Shown: in pieces, positions 1-13,226 of the stretch
How the letters are laid out: each line of letters starts with the position of its first letter
Position numbering within the stretch: position 1 is the stretch's first letter
Source of the DNA: Eledone cirrhosa
Taxonomy: Eukaryota
DNA: 64,000 nucleotides
Assembly: GCA_964016885.1 (NCBI GenBank)
Contig: OZ024741.1
Coordinates: forward strand, 257,300,001 to 257,364,000
Direction of reading: 5' to 3'
Position numbers and translations under genes: made by a program
Notes under the pieces: model-generated
Database searches by the model: none
What the model saw: the letters and a program-made list of their open reading frames with translations, nothing else
What the model was told of the DNA's origin: nothing

Positions 1-786
1 GACTTACGAGTGGTCTGACTTACGGGTGTTCTGACTTACGAGTGTTCCGACTTACGAGTGTTTCAGCTTATGAGTGTTTCGACTTACGAGTGCTTCGGTT
101 TACGAGTGTTTCGACTTACGAGTGTTTCGGCTTACGAGTGTTTCGACTTATGAGTGTTTCGACTTACGAGTGTTTTGACTTATGGTGTTTCGGCTTACGA
201 GTGTTTCGACATACGAGTGTTTTGACTTACGCGGGTTTCGACTTACGGGGTTTTCGACGTAAGAGTGTTTCGACTTACGAGCGCTTCGACTTACGAGTGT
301 TTCGACTTACGAGTGTTTCGGCGTACGAGTGTTTTGACTTACGAGTGTTTCGACTTACGAGTGCTTTGACTTACGAATGTTTTGAATTACTTCGACTTAC
401 GAGTGATCTGACTTACGAGTGTTCCTACTTACGAGTGTTTCGTCTTACGAGTGTTTCGACTTGCGAGTGTTTCGACTTACGAGTGTTTCGACTTACGAGT
501 GTTCTGACTTACGAGTGTTCTGACTTACGAGTGTTCTGACTTACGAGTGTTCCGACTTACGAGTGTTTCGACTTACGAGTGTTTTGACTTACGAATGTTC
601 TGACTTACGAGTGTTTCGCCTTACGAGTGTTTCGACTTACGAGTGTTTTAACTTACGGGTGTTTCGACTTACGCGTGTTTCGACTTACGAGTGTTTCGAT
701 TTACGAGTGTTTCGACTTACGAATGTTCCGACTTACGAGTGTTTCTACTTACGAGTGTTTCGGCTTACGAGTGTTTCGACTTACGA

Positions 787-855
787 TAATAACAAATAGA
801 CGCGGTTTCAAATATCTATGCTTTTCAAATTCATTACATTAATCTTTATTTATAC
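787..855. repeat. 69-bp AT-rich HOR spacer, copy 1 (T allele at first base)
   Basis: TAATAACAAATAGACGCGGTTTCAAATATCTATGCTTTTCAAATTCATTACATTAATCTTTATTTATAC, followed by the degenerate monomer GTTTCGCTTTACGA. Confidence 0.97.
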
Positions 856-3639
856 GTTTCGCTTTACGAGTGTTTCGGCGTACGAGTGTTTCGACATTAC
901 GAGTGTTTTGACTTACGTGTGTTTCGGCATACGAGTGTTTTGACTTACGAGTGTTTTGACTTACGGGTGTTTCGGCTTACGAGTGTTTCGACTTACGAGT
1001 GTTCTGACTTACGAGTGTTCCGACTTACGAGCGTTCCGACTTACGAGTGTTTCGGCTTACGAGTGTTCCGACTTACGAGTGTTTCGACTTACGAGTGTTT
1101 TGACTTACGGTGTTTCGGCTTACGAGTGTTTTGACTTACGAGTGTTTTGACTTACGGGTGATTTGACATACGAGTGTTTCGATACGAGTGTTCTGACTTA
1201 CGAGTGTTCTGACTTACGAGTGTTCTGACTTACGAGTGTTCTGACTTACGAGTGGTCTGACTTACGGGTGTTCTTACTTACGAGTGTTCCGACTTACGGG
1301 TGTTCTGACTTACGTGTGTTCCGACTTACGAGTGTTTCGGTTATGGGTGTTTCGACTTACGAGTGTTTCGACTTACGAATGTTTTGGCTTACGAGTGTTT
1401 CGGCTTACGAATGTTTTGGCTTACGAGTGTTTCGGCTTACGAGTGTTTTGACTTACGGTGTTTCGGCTTACGATTTATTCGACTTACGAGTGTTTCGACT
1501 TACGGGTGATTCGACTTACTGGTGTTTCGACTTACGAGTGTTTCGACTTATGAGTGTTTCGACTTACGAGTGTTCTGACTTACGAGTGTTCTGACTTACG
1601 AGTGTTCCGACTTACGAGTGTTTCGGTTTACGAGTGTTTCGACATACGAGTGTTTTGACTTACGGGTGTTTCGACTTACGGGTGTTTCGACTTACGAGTG
1701 TTTCGGCTTACGAGTGTTTCGACTTACTAATGTTTTTACTTACGAGTGTTTCGGTGTACGAGTGTTTCGACTTAAGGATGTTTCGACTTGCGAGTGTTTC
1801 GACTTACGTGTGTTTCGGCTTACGTGAGTTTCGACTTAAGAGTGTTCTGATTTACGAGTGTTCTGACTTGCGGGTGTTCTGATTTACGAGTGTTCCGACT
1901 TACGAGTGTTTCGGCTTATGAGTGTTTCGACTTACGAGTGTTTCGGCTTACGAGTGTTTCGACTGATGGGTGTTTCGACTTACGAGTGTTTTTACTTACG
2001 GTGTTTCGGCTTACGAGTGTTTCGACATACGAGTGTTCAGACTTACGAGTGTTCCGTCTTACGAGCGTTCCGACTTACGAGTGTTTCGACTTACGAGTGT
2101 TAAGACTTACGGGTGTTTTGACATACGAGTGTTTCGATACGAGTGTTTCGACTTACGAGTGTTACGAGTGTTCTGACTTACGAGTGTTCTGACTTACGAG
2201 TGTTCTGACTTACGAGTGTTCTGATTTACGAGTGTTCTGACTTACGAGCGTTCTGACTTACGAGTGTTTCGGCTTACGAGTGTTTCGACTTACGAGTGTT
2301 CTGACTTACGAGTGTTGCGACTTTCGAGCGTTCCGACTTACGAGTGTTTAGGCTTACAAGTGTTCCGACTTACGAGTGTTTCGAGTTACGAGTGTTTTGA
2401 CTTACGGTGTTTCTGCTTACGAGTGTTTCGACTTACGAGTGTTAAGACTTACGGGTGTTTTGACATACGAGTGTTTCGATACGAGTGTTTCGACTTACGA
2501 GTGTTACGAGTGTTCTGACTTACGAGTGTTTCGACTTACGAGTGTTCTGACCTACAAGTGTTCTGACTTACGAGTGTTTCGACTTACGATTGTTTTTTTC
2601 ACTTACGGGTGTTCCGACTTACGAGTGTTTCGACTTACGAGTGTTTGGACTTACGGGTGTTCAGACTTACGAGTGTTTCGGCTTACGATTGTTTCGACTT
2701 ACGAGTGTTTCGGTTTACGAGTGTTTCGACTTACGGGTGTTTTGACTTACGATTGTTTGGGCTTACGAATGTTTCGACTTACGAGTGTTTCGACTTACGA
2801 GTGTTTTGACTTACGAGTGTTTTGACTTACGCGTGTTTTGACATACGAGTGTTTCGATACGAGTGTTCTGACTTACGAGTGTTCTGACTTACGAGTGTTC
2901 TGACTTACGAGTGTTCTGACTTACGAGTGGTCTGACTTACGGGTGTTCTGACTTACGAGTGTTCCGACTTACGAGTGTTTCAGCTTATGAGTGTTTCGAC
3001 TTACGAGTGCTTCGGTTTGCGAGTGTTTCGACTTACGAGTGTTTCGGCTTACGAGTGTTTCGACTTATGAGTGTTTCGACTTACGAGTGTTTTGACTTAT
3101 GGTGTTTCGGCTTACGAGTGTTTCGACATACGAGTGTTTTGACTTACGCGGGTTTCGACTTACGGGTGTTTCGACGTAAGAGTGTTTCGACTTACGAGCG
3201 CTTCGACTTACGAGTGTTTCGACTTACGAGTGTTTCGGCGTACGAGTGTTTTGACTTACGAGTGCTTTGACTTACGAATGTTTTGAATTACTTCGACTTA
3301 CGAGTGATCTGACTTACGAGTGTTCCTACTTACGAGTGTTTCGACTTACGAGTGTTCTGACTTACGAGTGTTCTGACTTACGAGTGTTCTGACTTACGAG
3401 TGTTCCGACTTACGAGTGTTTCGACTTACGAGTGTTTTGACTTACGAATGTTCTGACTTACGAATGGTTCGCCTTACGAGTGTTTCGACTTACGAGTGTT
3501 TTAACTTACGGGTGTTTCGACTTACGCGTGTTTCGACTTACGAGTGTTTCGATTTACGAGTGTTTCGACTTACGAATGTTCCGACTTACGAGTGTTTCTA
3601 CTTACGAGTGTTTCGGCTTACGAGTGTTTCGACTTACGA

Positions 3640-3708
3640 AAATAACAAATAGACGCGGTTTCAAATATCTATGCTTTTCAAATTCATTACATTAATCTTT
3701 ATTTATAC
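3640..3708. repeat. 69-bp spacer, copy 2 (A allele)
   Basis: Matches copy 1 except the first base. Confidence 0.97.
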
Positions 3709-6591
3709 GTTTCGCTTTACGAGTGTTTCGGCGTACGAGTGTTTCGACTTACGAGTGTTTTGACTTACGTGTGTTTCGGCATACGAGTGTTTTGTCTTAC
3801 GAGTGTTTTGACTTACGGGTGTTTCGGCTTACGAGTGTTTCGACTTACGAGTGTTCTGACTTACGAGTGTTCCAACTTACGAGCGTTCCGACTTACGAGT
3901 GTTTCGGCTTACGAGTGTTCCGACTTACGAGTGTTTCGACTTACGAGTGTTTTGACTTACGGTGTTTCGGCTTACGAGTGTTTTGACTTACGAGTGTTTT
4001 GACTTACGGGTGATTTGACATACGAGTGTTTCGATACGAGTGTTCTGACTTACGAGTGTTCTGACTTACGAGTGTTCTGACTTACGAGTGTTCTGACTTA
4101 CGAGTGGTCTGACTTACGGGTGTTCTTACTTACGAGTGTTCCGACTTACGGGTGTTCTGACTTACGTGTGTTCCGACTTACGAGTGTTTCGGTTATGGGT
4201 GTTTCGACTTACGAGTGTTTCGACTTACGAATGTTTTGGCTTACGAGTGTTTCGGCTTACGAATGTTTTGGCTTACGAGTGTTTCGGCTTACGGGTGTTT
4301 CGACTTACGAGTGTTTCGACTTACGAGTGTTTTGACTTACGGTGTTTTGACATACGAGTATTTCGATACGAGTGTTCTGACTTACGAGTGTTCTGACTTA
4401 CGAGTGTTCTGACTTACGGGTGTTCTGACTTACGAGTGTTCCGACTTACGAGTGTTTCGGCTTATGAGGGTTTCGACTTACGAGTGCTTCGGCTTACGAG
4501 TGTTTCGACTTACGAGTGTTTCGGCTTACGAGTGTTTCGACTTACGAATGTTTTGGCTTACGAGTGTTTCGGCTTACGAGTGTTTCGACTTACGAGTGTT
4601 TCGACTTATGGTGTTTCGGCTTACGAGTGTTTCGACATACGAGTGTTTTGACGTACGGGTGTTTCGACCTACGGGTCTTTCGACTTACGAGTGTTTCGAC
4701 TTACGAGTGTTTCGGCGTACGAGTGTTTCGACTTACGAGTGTTTCGACTTACGAGTGTTTCGACTTACGAGTGTTTCGACTTACGAGTGTTTTGAATTAC
4801 GAGTGTTTTGACTTACGGTGTTTCTGCTTACGAGTGTTTCGACTTACGAGTGTTATGACTTACGGGTGTTTTGACATACGAGTGTTTTCGATACGAGTGT
4901 TTCGACTTACGAGTGTTTTGACTTACGAGTGTTTCGAGTTACGAGTGTTTCGACTTACGAATGTTTTTACTTACGAATGTTCTGACTTACGGGTGTTTCG
5001 GCTTACGAGTGTTTCGACTTACGAGTGTTTTAAATTACGGGTGTTTCTACTTACGCGTGTTTCGACTTGCAAGTGTTTCGACTTACGAGTGTTTCGACTA
5101 CGAATGTTCCGACTTACGAGTGTTTCGACTTATGAGTGTTTCTACTTACGAGTGTTCTGACTTACGGGTGTTCCGACTTACGAGTGTTTCGGCTTACGAT
5201 TGTTTTGACTTACGATTGTATTGGCTTACGAATGTTTCGACTTACTTCGACTTACGAGTGATCTGACTTACGAGTGTTCCTACTTACGAGTGTTTCGACT
5301 TAGGAGTGTTTCGACTTGCGAGTGTTTCGACTTACGAGTGTTTCGGCTTACGAGTGTTTCGGTGTTTCGGCTCACGTGTGTTTCGACTTACGAGTGTTTC
5401 GACTTACGAGTGTTTCGGCTTATGAGTGTTTCGACTTACGAGTGCTTCGGCTTACGAGTGTTTCGACTTACGAGTGTTTCGGCTTACGAGTGTTTCGACG
5501 TACGAATGTTTTGGCTTACGAGTGTTTCGGCTTATGAGTGTTTCGACTTACGAGTGTTTCGACATACGAGTGTTTCGGCTTACGAGTGTTTCGACTTACG
5601 AGTGTTTCGGCTTACGAGTGTTTCAGTGTTTCGGCTTACGTGTTTTTTGACTTACGAGTGTTTCGACTTACGAGTGTTTCGGCTTACGAGTGTTTCGACT
5701 TACGATTGTTTGGGCTTAGGAATGTTTCGACTTACGAGTGTTTCGACTTACGAGTGTTTTGACTTACGGTGTTTCGGCTTACGAGTGTTTTGACTTACGA
5801 GTGTTTTGACTTACGCGTGTTTTGACATACGAGTGTTTCGATACGAGTGTTCTGACTTACGAGTGTTCTGACTTACGAGTGTTCTGACTTACGAGTGTTC
5901 TGACTTACGAGTGTTCCGACTTACGAGTGTTTCAGCTTATGAGTGTTTCGACTTACGAGTGCTTCGGTTTGCGAGTGTTTCGACTTACGAGTGTTTCGGC
6001 TTACGAGTGTTTCGACTTATGAGTGTTTCGACTTACGAGTGTTTTGACTTATGGTGTTTCGGCTTACGAGTGTTTCGACATACGAGTGTTTTGACTTACG
6101 CGGGTTTCGACTTACGGGTGTTTCGACGTAAGAGTGTTTCGACTTACGAGCGCTTCGACTTACGAGTGTTTCGACTTACGAGTGTTTCGGCGTACGAGTG
6201 TTTTGACTTACGAGTGCTTTGACTTACGAATGTTTTGAAATACTTCGACTTACGAGTGATCTGACTTACGAGTGTTCCTACTTACGAGTGTTTCGACTTA
6301 CGAGTGTTCTGACTTACGAGTGTTCTGACTTACGAGTGTTCTGACTTACGAGTGTTCCGACTTACGAGTGTTTCGACTTACGAGTGTTTTGACTTACGAA
6401 TGTTCTGACTTACGAGTGGTTCGCCTTACGAGTGTTTCGACTTACGAGTGTTTTAACTTACGGGTGTTTCGACTTACGCGTGTTTCGACTTACGAGTGTT
6501 TCGATTTACGAGTGTTTCGACTTACGAATGTTCCGACTTACGAGTGTTTCTACTTACGAGTGTTTCGGCTTACGAGTGTTTCGACTTACGA

Positions 6592-6660
6592 AAATAACAA
6601 ATAGACGCGGTTTCAAATATCTATGCTTTTCAAATTCATTACATTAATCTTTATTTATAC
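6592..6660. repeat. 69-bp spacer, copy 3
   Basis: Matches copy 2. Confidence 0.97.
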
Positions 6661-9600
6661 GTTTCGCTTTACGAGTGTTTCGGCGTACGAGTGTTTCGAC
6701 TTACGAGTGTTTTGACTTACGTGTGTTTCGGCATACGAGTGTTTTGTCTTACGAGTGTTTTGACTTACGGGTGTTTCGGCTTACGAGTGTTTCGACTTAC
6801 GAGTGTTCTGACTTACGAGTGTTCCAACTTACGAGCGTTCCGACTTACGAGTGTTTCGGCTTACGAGTGTTCCGACTTACGAGTGTTTCGACTTACGAGT
6901 GTTTTGACTTACGGTGTTTCGGCTTACGAGTGTTTTGACTTACGAGTGTTTTGACTTACGGGTGATTTGACATACGAGTGTTTCGATACGAGTGTTCTGA
7001 CTTACGAGTGTTCTGACTTACGAGTGTTCTGACTTACGAGTGTTCTGACTTACGAGTGGTCTGACTTACGGGTGTTCTTACTTACGAGTGTTCCGACTTA
7101 CGGGTGTTCTGACTTACGTGTGTTCCGACTTACGAGTGTTTCGGTTATGGGTGTTTCGACTTACGAGTGTTTCGACTTACGAATGTTTTGGCTTACGAGT
7201 GTTTCGGCTTACGAATGTTTTGGCTTACGAGTGTTTCGGCTTACGGGTGTTTCGACTTACGAGTGTTTCGACTTACGAGTGTTTTGACTTACGGTGTTTC
7301 GGCTTACGATTTATTCGACTTACGAGTGTTTCGACTTACGGGTGTTTCGACTTACTGGTGTTTCGACTTACGAGTGTTTCGACTTATGAGTGTTTCGACT
7401 TACGAGTGTTCTGACTTACGAGTGTTCTGACTTACGAGTGTTCCGACTTACGAGTGTTTCGGTTTACGAGTGTTTCGACATACGAGTGTTTTGACTTACG
7501 GGTGTTTCGACTTACGGGTGTTTCGACTTACGAGTGTTTCGGCTTACGAGTGTTCCGACTTACGAGTGTTTCGACTTACGAGTGTTTTGACTTACGGTGT
7601 TTCGGCTTACGAGTGTTTTGACTTACGAGTGTTTTGACTTACGGGTGATTTGACATACGAGTGTTTCGATACGAGTGTTCTGACTTACGAGTGTTCTGAC
7701 TTACGAGTGTTCTGACTTACGAGTGTTCTGACTTACGAGTGGTCTGACTTACGGGTGTTCTTACTTACGAGTGTTCCGACTTACGGGTGTTCTGACTTAC
7801 GTGTGTTCCGACTTACGAGTGTTTCGGTTATGGGTGTTTTGACTTACGAGTGTTTCGACTTACGAATGTTTTGGCTTACGAGTGTTTCGGCTTACGAATG
7901 TTTTGGCTTACGAGTGTTTCGGCTTACGGGTGTTTCGACTTACGAGTGTTTCGACTTACGAGTGTTTTGACTTACGGTGTTTTGACATACGAGTGTTTCG
8001 ATACGAGTGTTCTGACTTACGAGTGTTCTGACTTACGAGTGTTCTGACTTACGGGTGTTCTGACTTACGAGTGTTCCGACTTACGAGTGTTTCGGCTTAT
8101 GAGGGTTTCGACTTACGAGTGCTTCGGCTTACGAGTGTTTCGACTTACGAGTGTTTCGGCTTACGAGTGTTTCGACTTACGAATGTTTTGGCTTACGAGT
8201 GTTTCGGCTTACGAGTGTTTCGACTTACGAGTGTTTCGACTTATGGTGTTTCGGCTTACGAGTGTTTCGACATACGAGTGTTTTGACGTACGGGTGTTTC
8301 GACCTACGGGTCTTTCGACTTACGAGTGTTTCGACTTACGAGTGTTTCGGCGTACGAGTGTTTCGACTTACGAGTGTTTCGACTTACGAGTGTTTCGACT
8401 TACGAGTGTTTCGACTTACGAGTGTTTTGAATTACGAGTGTTTTGACTTACGGTGTTTCTGCTTACGAGTGTTTCGACTTACGAGTGTTATGACTTACGG
8501 GTGTTTTGACATACGAGTGTTTTCGATACGAGTGTTTCGACTTACGAGTGTTTTGACTTACGAGTGTTTCGAGTTACGAGTGTTTCGACTTACGAATGTT
8601 TTTACTTACGAATGTTCTGACTTACGGGTGTTTCGGCTTACGAGTGTTTCGACTTACGAGTGTTTTAAATTACGGGTGTTTCTACTTACGCGTGTTTCGA
8701 CTTGCAAGTGTTTCGACTTACGAGTGTTTCGACTACGAATGTTCCGACTTACGAGTGTTTCGACTTATGAGTGTTTCGACTTACGAGTGTTCTGCCTTAC
8801 GGGTGTTCCGACTTACGAGTGTTTCGGCTTACGATTGTTTTGACTTACGATTGTATTGGCTTACGAATGTTTCGACTTCGACTTACGAGTGATCTGACTT
8901 ACGAGTGTTCCTACTTACGAGTGTTTCGACTTAGGAGTGTTTCAACTTGCGAGTGTTTCGACTTACGAGTGTTTCGGCTTACGTGTGTTTCGGTGTTTCG
9001 GCTCACGTGTGTTTCGACTTACGAGTGTTTCGACTTACGAGTGTTTCGGCTTATGAGTGTTTCGACTTACGAGTGCTTCGGCTTACGAGTGTTTCGACTT
9101 ACGAGTGTTTCGGCTTACGAGTGTTTCGACGTACGAATGTTTTGGCTTACGAGTGTTTCGGCTTATGAGTGTTTCGACTTACGAGTGTTTCGACATACGA
9201 GTGTTTCGGCTTACGAGTGTTTCGACTTACGAGTGTTTCGGCTTACGAGTGTTTCAGTGTTTCGGCTTACGTGTTTTTTGACTTACGAGTGTTTCGACTT
9301 ACGAGTGTTTCGGCTTACGAGTGTTTCGACTTACGATTGTTTGGGCTTAGGAATGTTTCGACTTACGAGTGTTTCGACTTACGAGTGTTTTGACTTACGG
9401 TGTTTCGGCTTACGAGTGTTTTGACTTACGAGTGTTTTGACTTACGCGTGTTTTGACATACGAGTGTTTCGATACGAGTGTTCTGACTTACGAGTGTTCT
9501 GACTTACGAGTGTTCTGACTTACGAGTGTTCTGACTTACGAGTGGTCTGACTTACGGGTGTTCTGACTTACGAGTGTTCCGACTTACGAGTGTTTCAGCT

Positions 9601-10253
9601 TATGAGTGTTTCGACTTACGAGTGCTTCGGTTTGCGAGTGTTTCGACTTACGAGTGTTTCGGCTTACGAGTGTTTCGACTTATGAGTGTTTCGACTTACG
9701 AGTGTTTTGACTTATGGTGTTTCGGCTTACGAGTGTTTCGACATACGAGTGTTTTGACTTACGCGGGTTTCGACTTACGGGTGTTTCGACGTAAGAGTGT
9801 TTCGACTTACGAGCGCTTCGACTTACGAGTGTTTCGACTGACGAGTGTTTCGGCGTACGAGTGTTTTGACTTACGAGTGTTTGACTTACGAATGTTTTGA
9901 ATTACTTCGACTTACGAGTGATCTGACTTACGAGTGTTCCTACTTACGAGTGTTTCGACTTACGAGTGTTCTGACTTACGAGTGTTCTGACTTACGAGTG
10001 TTCTGACTTACGAGTGTTCCGACTTACGAGTGTTTCGACTTACGAGTGTTTTGACTTACGAATGTTCTGACTTACGAGTGGTTCGCCTTACGAGTGTTTC
10101 GACTTACGAGTGTTTTAACTTACGGGTGTTTCGACTTACGCGTGTTTCGACTTACGAGTGTTTCGATTTACGAGTGTTTCGACTTACGAATGTTCCGACT
10201 TACGAGTGTTTCTACTTACGAGTGTTTCGGCTTACGAGTGTTTCGACTTACGA

Positions 10254-10322
10254 AAATAACAAATAGACGCGGTTTCAAATATCTATGCTTTTCAAATTCA
10301 TTACATTAATCTTTATTTATAC
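10254..10322. repeat. 69-bp spacer, copy 4
   Basis: Matches copy 2. Confidence 0.97.
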
Positions 10323-13157
10323 GTTTCGCTTTACGAGTGTTTCGGCGTACGAGTGTTTCGACTTACGAGTGTTTTGACTTACGTGTGTTTCGGCATACGA
10401 GTGTTTTGTCTTACGAGTGTTTTGACTTACGGGTGTTTCGGCTTACGAGTGTTTCGACTTACGAGTGTTCTGACTTACGAGTGTTCCAACTTACGAGCGT
10501 TCCGACTTACGAGTGTTTCGGCTTACGAGTGTTCCGACGTACGAGTGTTTCGACTTACGAGTGTTTTGACTTACGGTGTTTCGGCTTACGAGTGTTTTGA
10601 CTTACGAGTGTTTTGACTTACGGGTGATTTGACATACGAGTGTTTCGATACGAGTGTTCTGACTTACGAGTGTTCTGACTTACGAGTGTTCTGACTTACG
10701 AGTGTTCTGACTTACGAGTGGTCTGACTTACGGGTGTTCTTACTTACGAGTGTTCCGACTTACGGGTGTTCTGACTTACGTGTGTTCCGACTTACGAGTG
10801 TTTCGGTTATGGGTGTTTCGACTTACGAGTGTTTCGACTTACGAATGTTTTGGCTTACGAGTGTTTCGGCTTACGAATGTTTTGGCTTACGAGTGTTTCG
10901 GCTTACGGGTGTTTCGACTTACGAGTGTTTCGACTTACGAGTGTTTTGACTTACGGTGTTTTGACATACGAGTATTTCGATACGAGTGTTCTGACTTACG
11001 AGTGTTCTGACTTACGAGTGTTCTGACTTACGGGTGTTCTGACTTACGAGTGTTCCGACTTACGAGTGTTTCGGCTTATGAGGGTTTCGACTTACGAGTG
11101 CTTCGGCTTACGAGTGTTTCGACTTACGAGTGTTTCGGCTTACGAGTGTTTCGACTTACGAATGTTTTGGCTTACGAGTGTTTCGGCTTACGAGTGTTTC
11201 GACTTACGAGTGTTTCGACTTATGGTGTTTCGGCTTACGAGTGTTTCGACATACGAGTGTTTTGACGTACGGGTGTTTCGACCTACGGGTCTTTCGACTT
11301 ACGAGTGTTTCGACTTACGAGTGTTTCGGCGTACGAGTGTTTCGACTTACGAGTGTTTCGACTTACGAGTGTTTCGACTTACGAGTGTTTCGACTTACGA
11401 GTGTTTTGAATTACGAGTGTTTTGACTTACGGTGTTTCTGCTTACGAGTGTTTCGACTTACGAGTGTTATGACTTACGGGTGTTTTGACATACGAGTGTT
11501 TTCGATACGAGTGTTTCGACTTACGAGTGTTTTGACTTACGAGTGTTTCGAGTTACGAGTGTTTCGACTTACGAATGTTTTTACTTACGAATGTTCTGAC
11601 TTACGGGTGTTTCGGCTTACGAGTGTTTCGACTTACGAGTGTTTTAAATTACGGGTGTTTCTACTTACGCGTGTTTCGACTTGCAAGTGTTTCGACTTAC
11701 GAGTGTTTCGACTACGAATGTTCCGACTTACGAGTGTTTCGACTTATGAGTGTTTCTACTTACGAGTGTTCTGACTTACGGGTGTTCCGACTTACGAGTG
11801 TTTCGGCTTACGATTGTTTTGACTTACGATTGTATTGGCTTACGAATGTTTCGACTTACTTCGACTTACGAGTGATCTGACTTACGAGTGTTCCTACTTA
11901 CGAGTGTTTCGACTTAGGAGTGTTTCGACTTACGAGTGTTTCGGCTTACGAGTGTTTCGGTGTTTCGGCTCACGTGTGTTTCGACTTACGAGTGTTTCGA
12001 CTTACGAGTGTTTCGGCTTATGAGTGTTTCGACTTACGAGTGCTTCGGCTTACGAGTGTTTCGACTTACGAGTGTTTCGGCTTACGAGTGTTTCGACGTA
12101 CGAATGTTTTGGCTTACGAGTGTTTCGGCTTATGAGTGTTTCGACTTACGAGTGTTTCGACATACGAGTGTTTCGGCTTACGAGTGTTTCGACTTACGAG
12201 TGTTTCGGCTTACGAGTGTTTCAGTGTTTCGGCTTACGTGTTTTTTGACTTACGAGTGTTTCGACTTACGAGTGTTTCGGCTTACGAGTGTTTCGACTTA
12301 CGATTGTTTGGGCTTAGGAATGTTTCGACTTACGAGTGTTTCGACTTACGAGTGTTTTGACTTACGGTGTTTCGGCTTACGAGTGTTTTGACTTACGAGT
12401 GTTTTGACTTACGCGTGTTTTGACATACGAGTGTTTCGATACGAGTGTTCTGACTTACGAGTGTTCTGACTTACGAGTGTTCTGACTTACGAGTGTTCTG
12501 ACTTACGAGTGGTCTGACTTACGGGTGTTCTGACTTACGAGTGTTCCGACTTACGAGTGTTTCAGCTTATGAGTGTTTCGACTTACGAGTGCTTCGGTTT
12601 GCGAGTGTTTCGACTTACGAGTGTTTCGGCTTACGAGTGTTTCGACTTATGAGTGTTTCGACTTACGAGTGTTTTGACTTATGGTGTTTCGGCTTACGAG
12701 TGTTTCGACATACGAGTGTTTTGACTTACGCGGGTTTCGACTTACGGGTGTTTCGACGTAAGAGTGTTTCGACTTACGAGCGCTTCGACTTACGAGTGTT
12801 TCGACTTACGAGTGTTTCGGCGTACGAGTGTTTTGACTTACGAGTGCTTTGACTTACGAATGTTTTGAAATACTTCGACTTACGAGTGATCTGACTTACG
12901 AGTGTTCTGACTTACGAGTGTTCCGACTTACGAGTGTTTCGACTTACGAGTGTTTTGACTTACGAATGTTCTGACTTACGAGTGGTTCGCCTTACGAGTG
13001 TTTCGACTTACGAGTGTTTTAACTTACGGGTGTTTCGACTTACGCGTGTTTCGACTTACGAGTGTTTCGATTTACGAGTGTTTCGACTTACGAATGTTCC
13101 GACTTACGAGTGTTTCTACTTACGAGTGTTTCGGCTTACGAGTGTTTCGACTTACGA

Positions 13158-13226
13158 AAATAACAAATAGACGCGGTTTCAAATATCTATGCTTTTCAAA
13201 TTCATTACATTAATCTTTATTTATAC
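13158..13226. repeat. 69-bp spacer, copy 5
   Basis: Matches copy 2. Confidence 0.97.

Noticed and set aside
891-900. Unique GACATTACG monomer
   Set aside because: A single extra T relative to the matching copies at ~48990 and ~50861; either a private indel or a consensus error.
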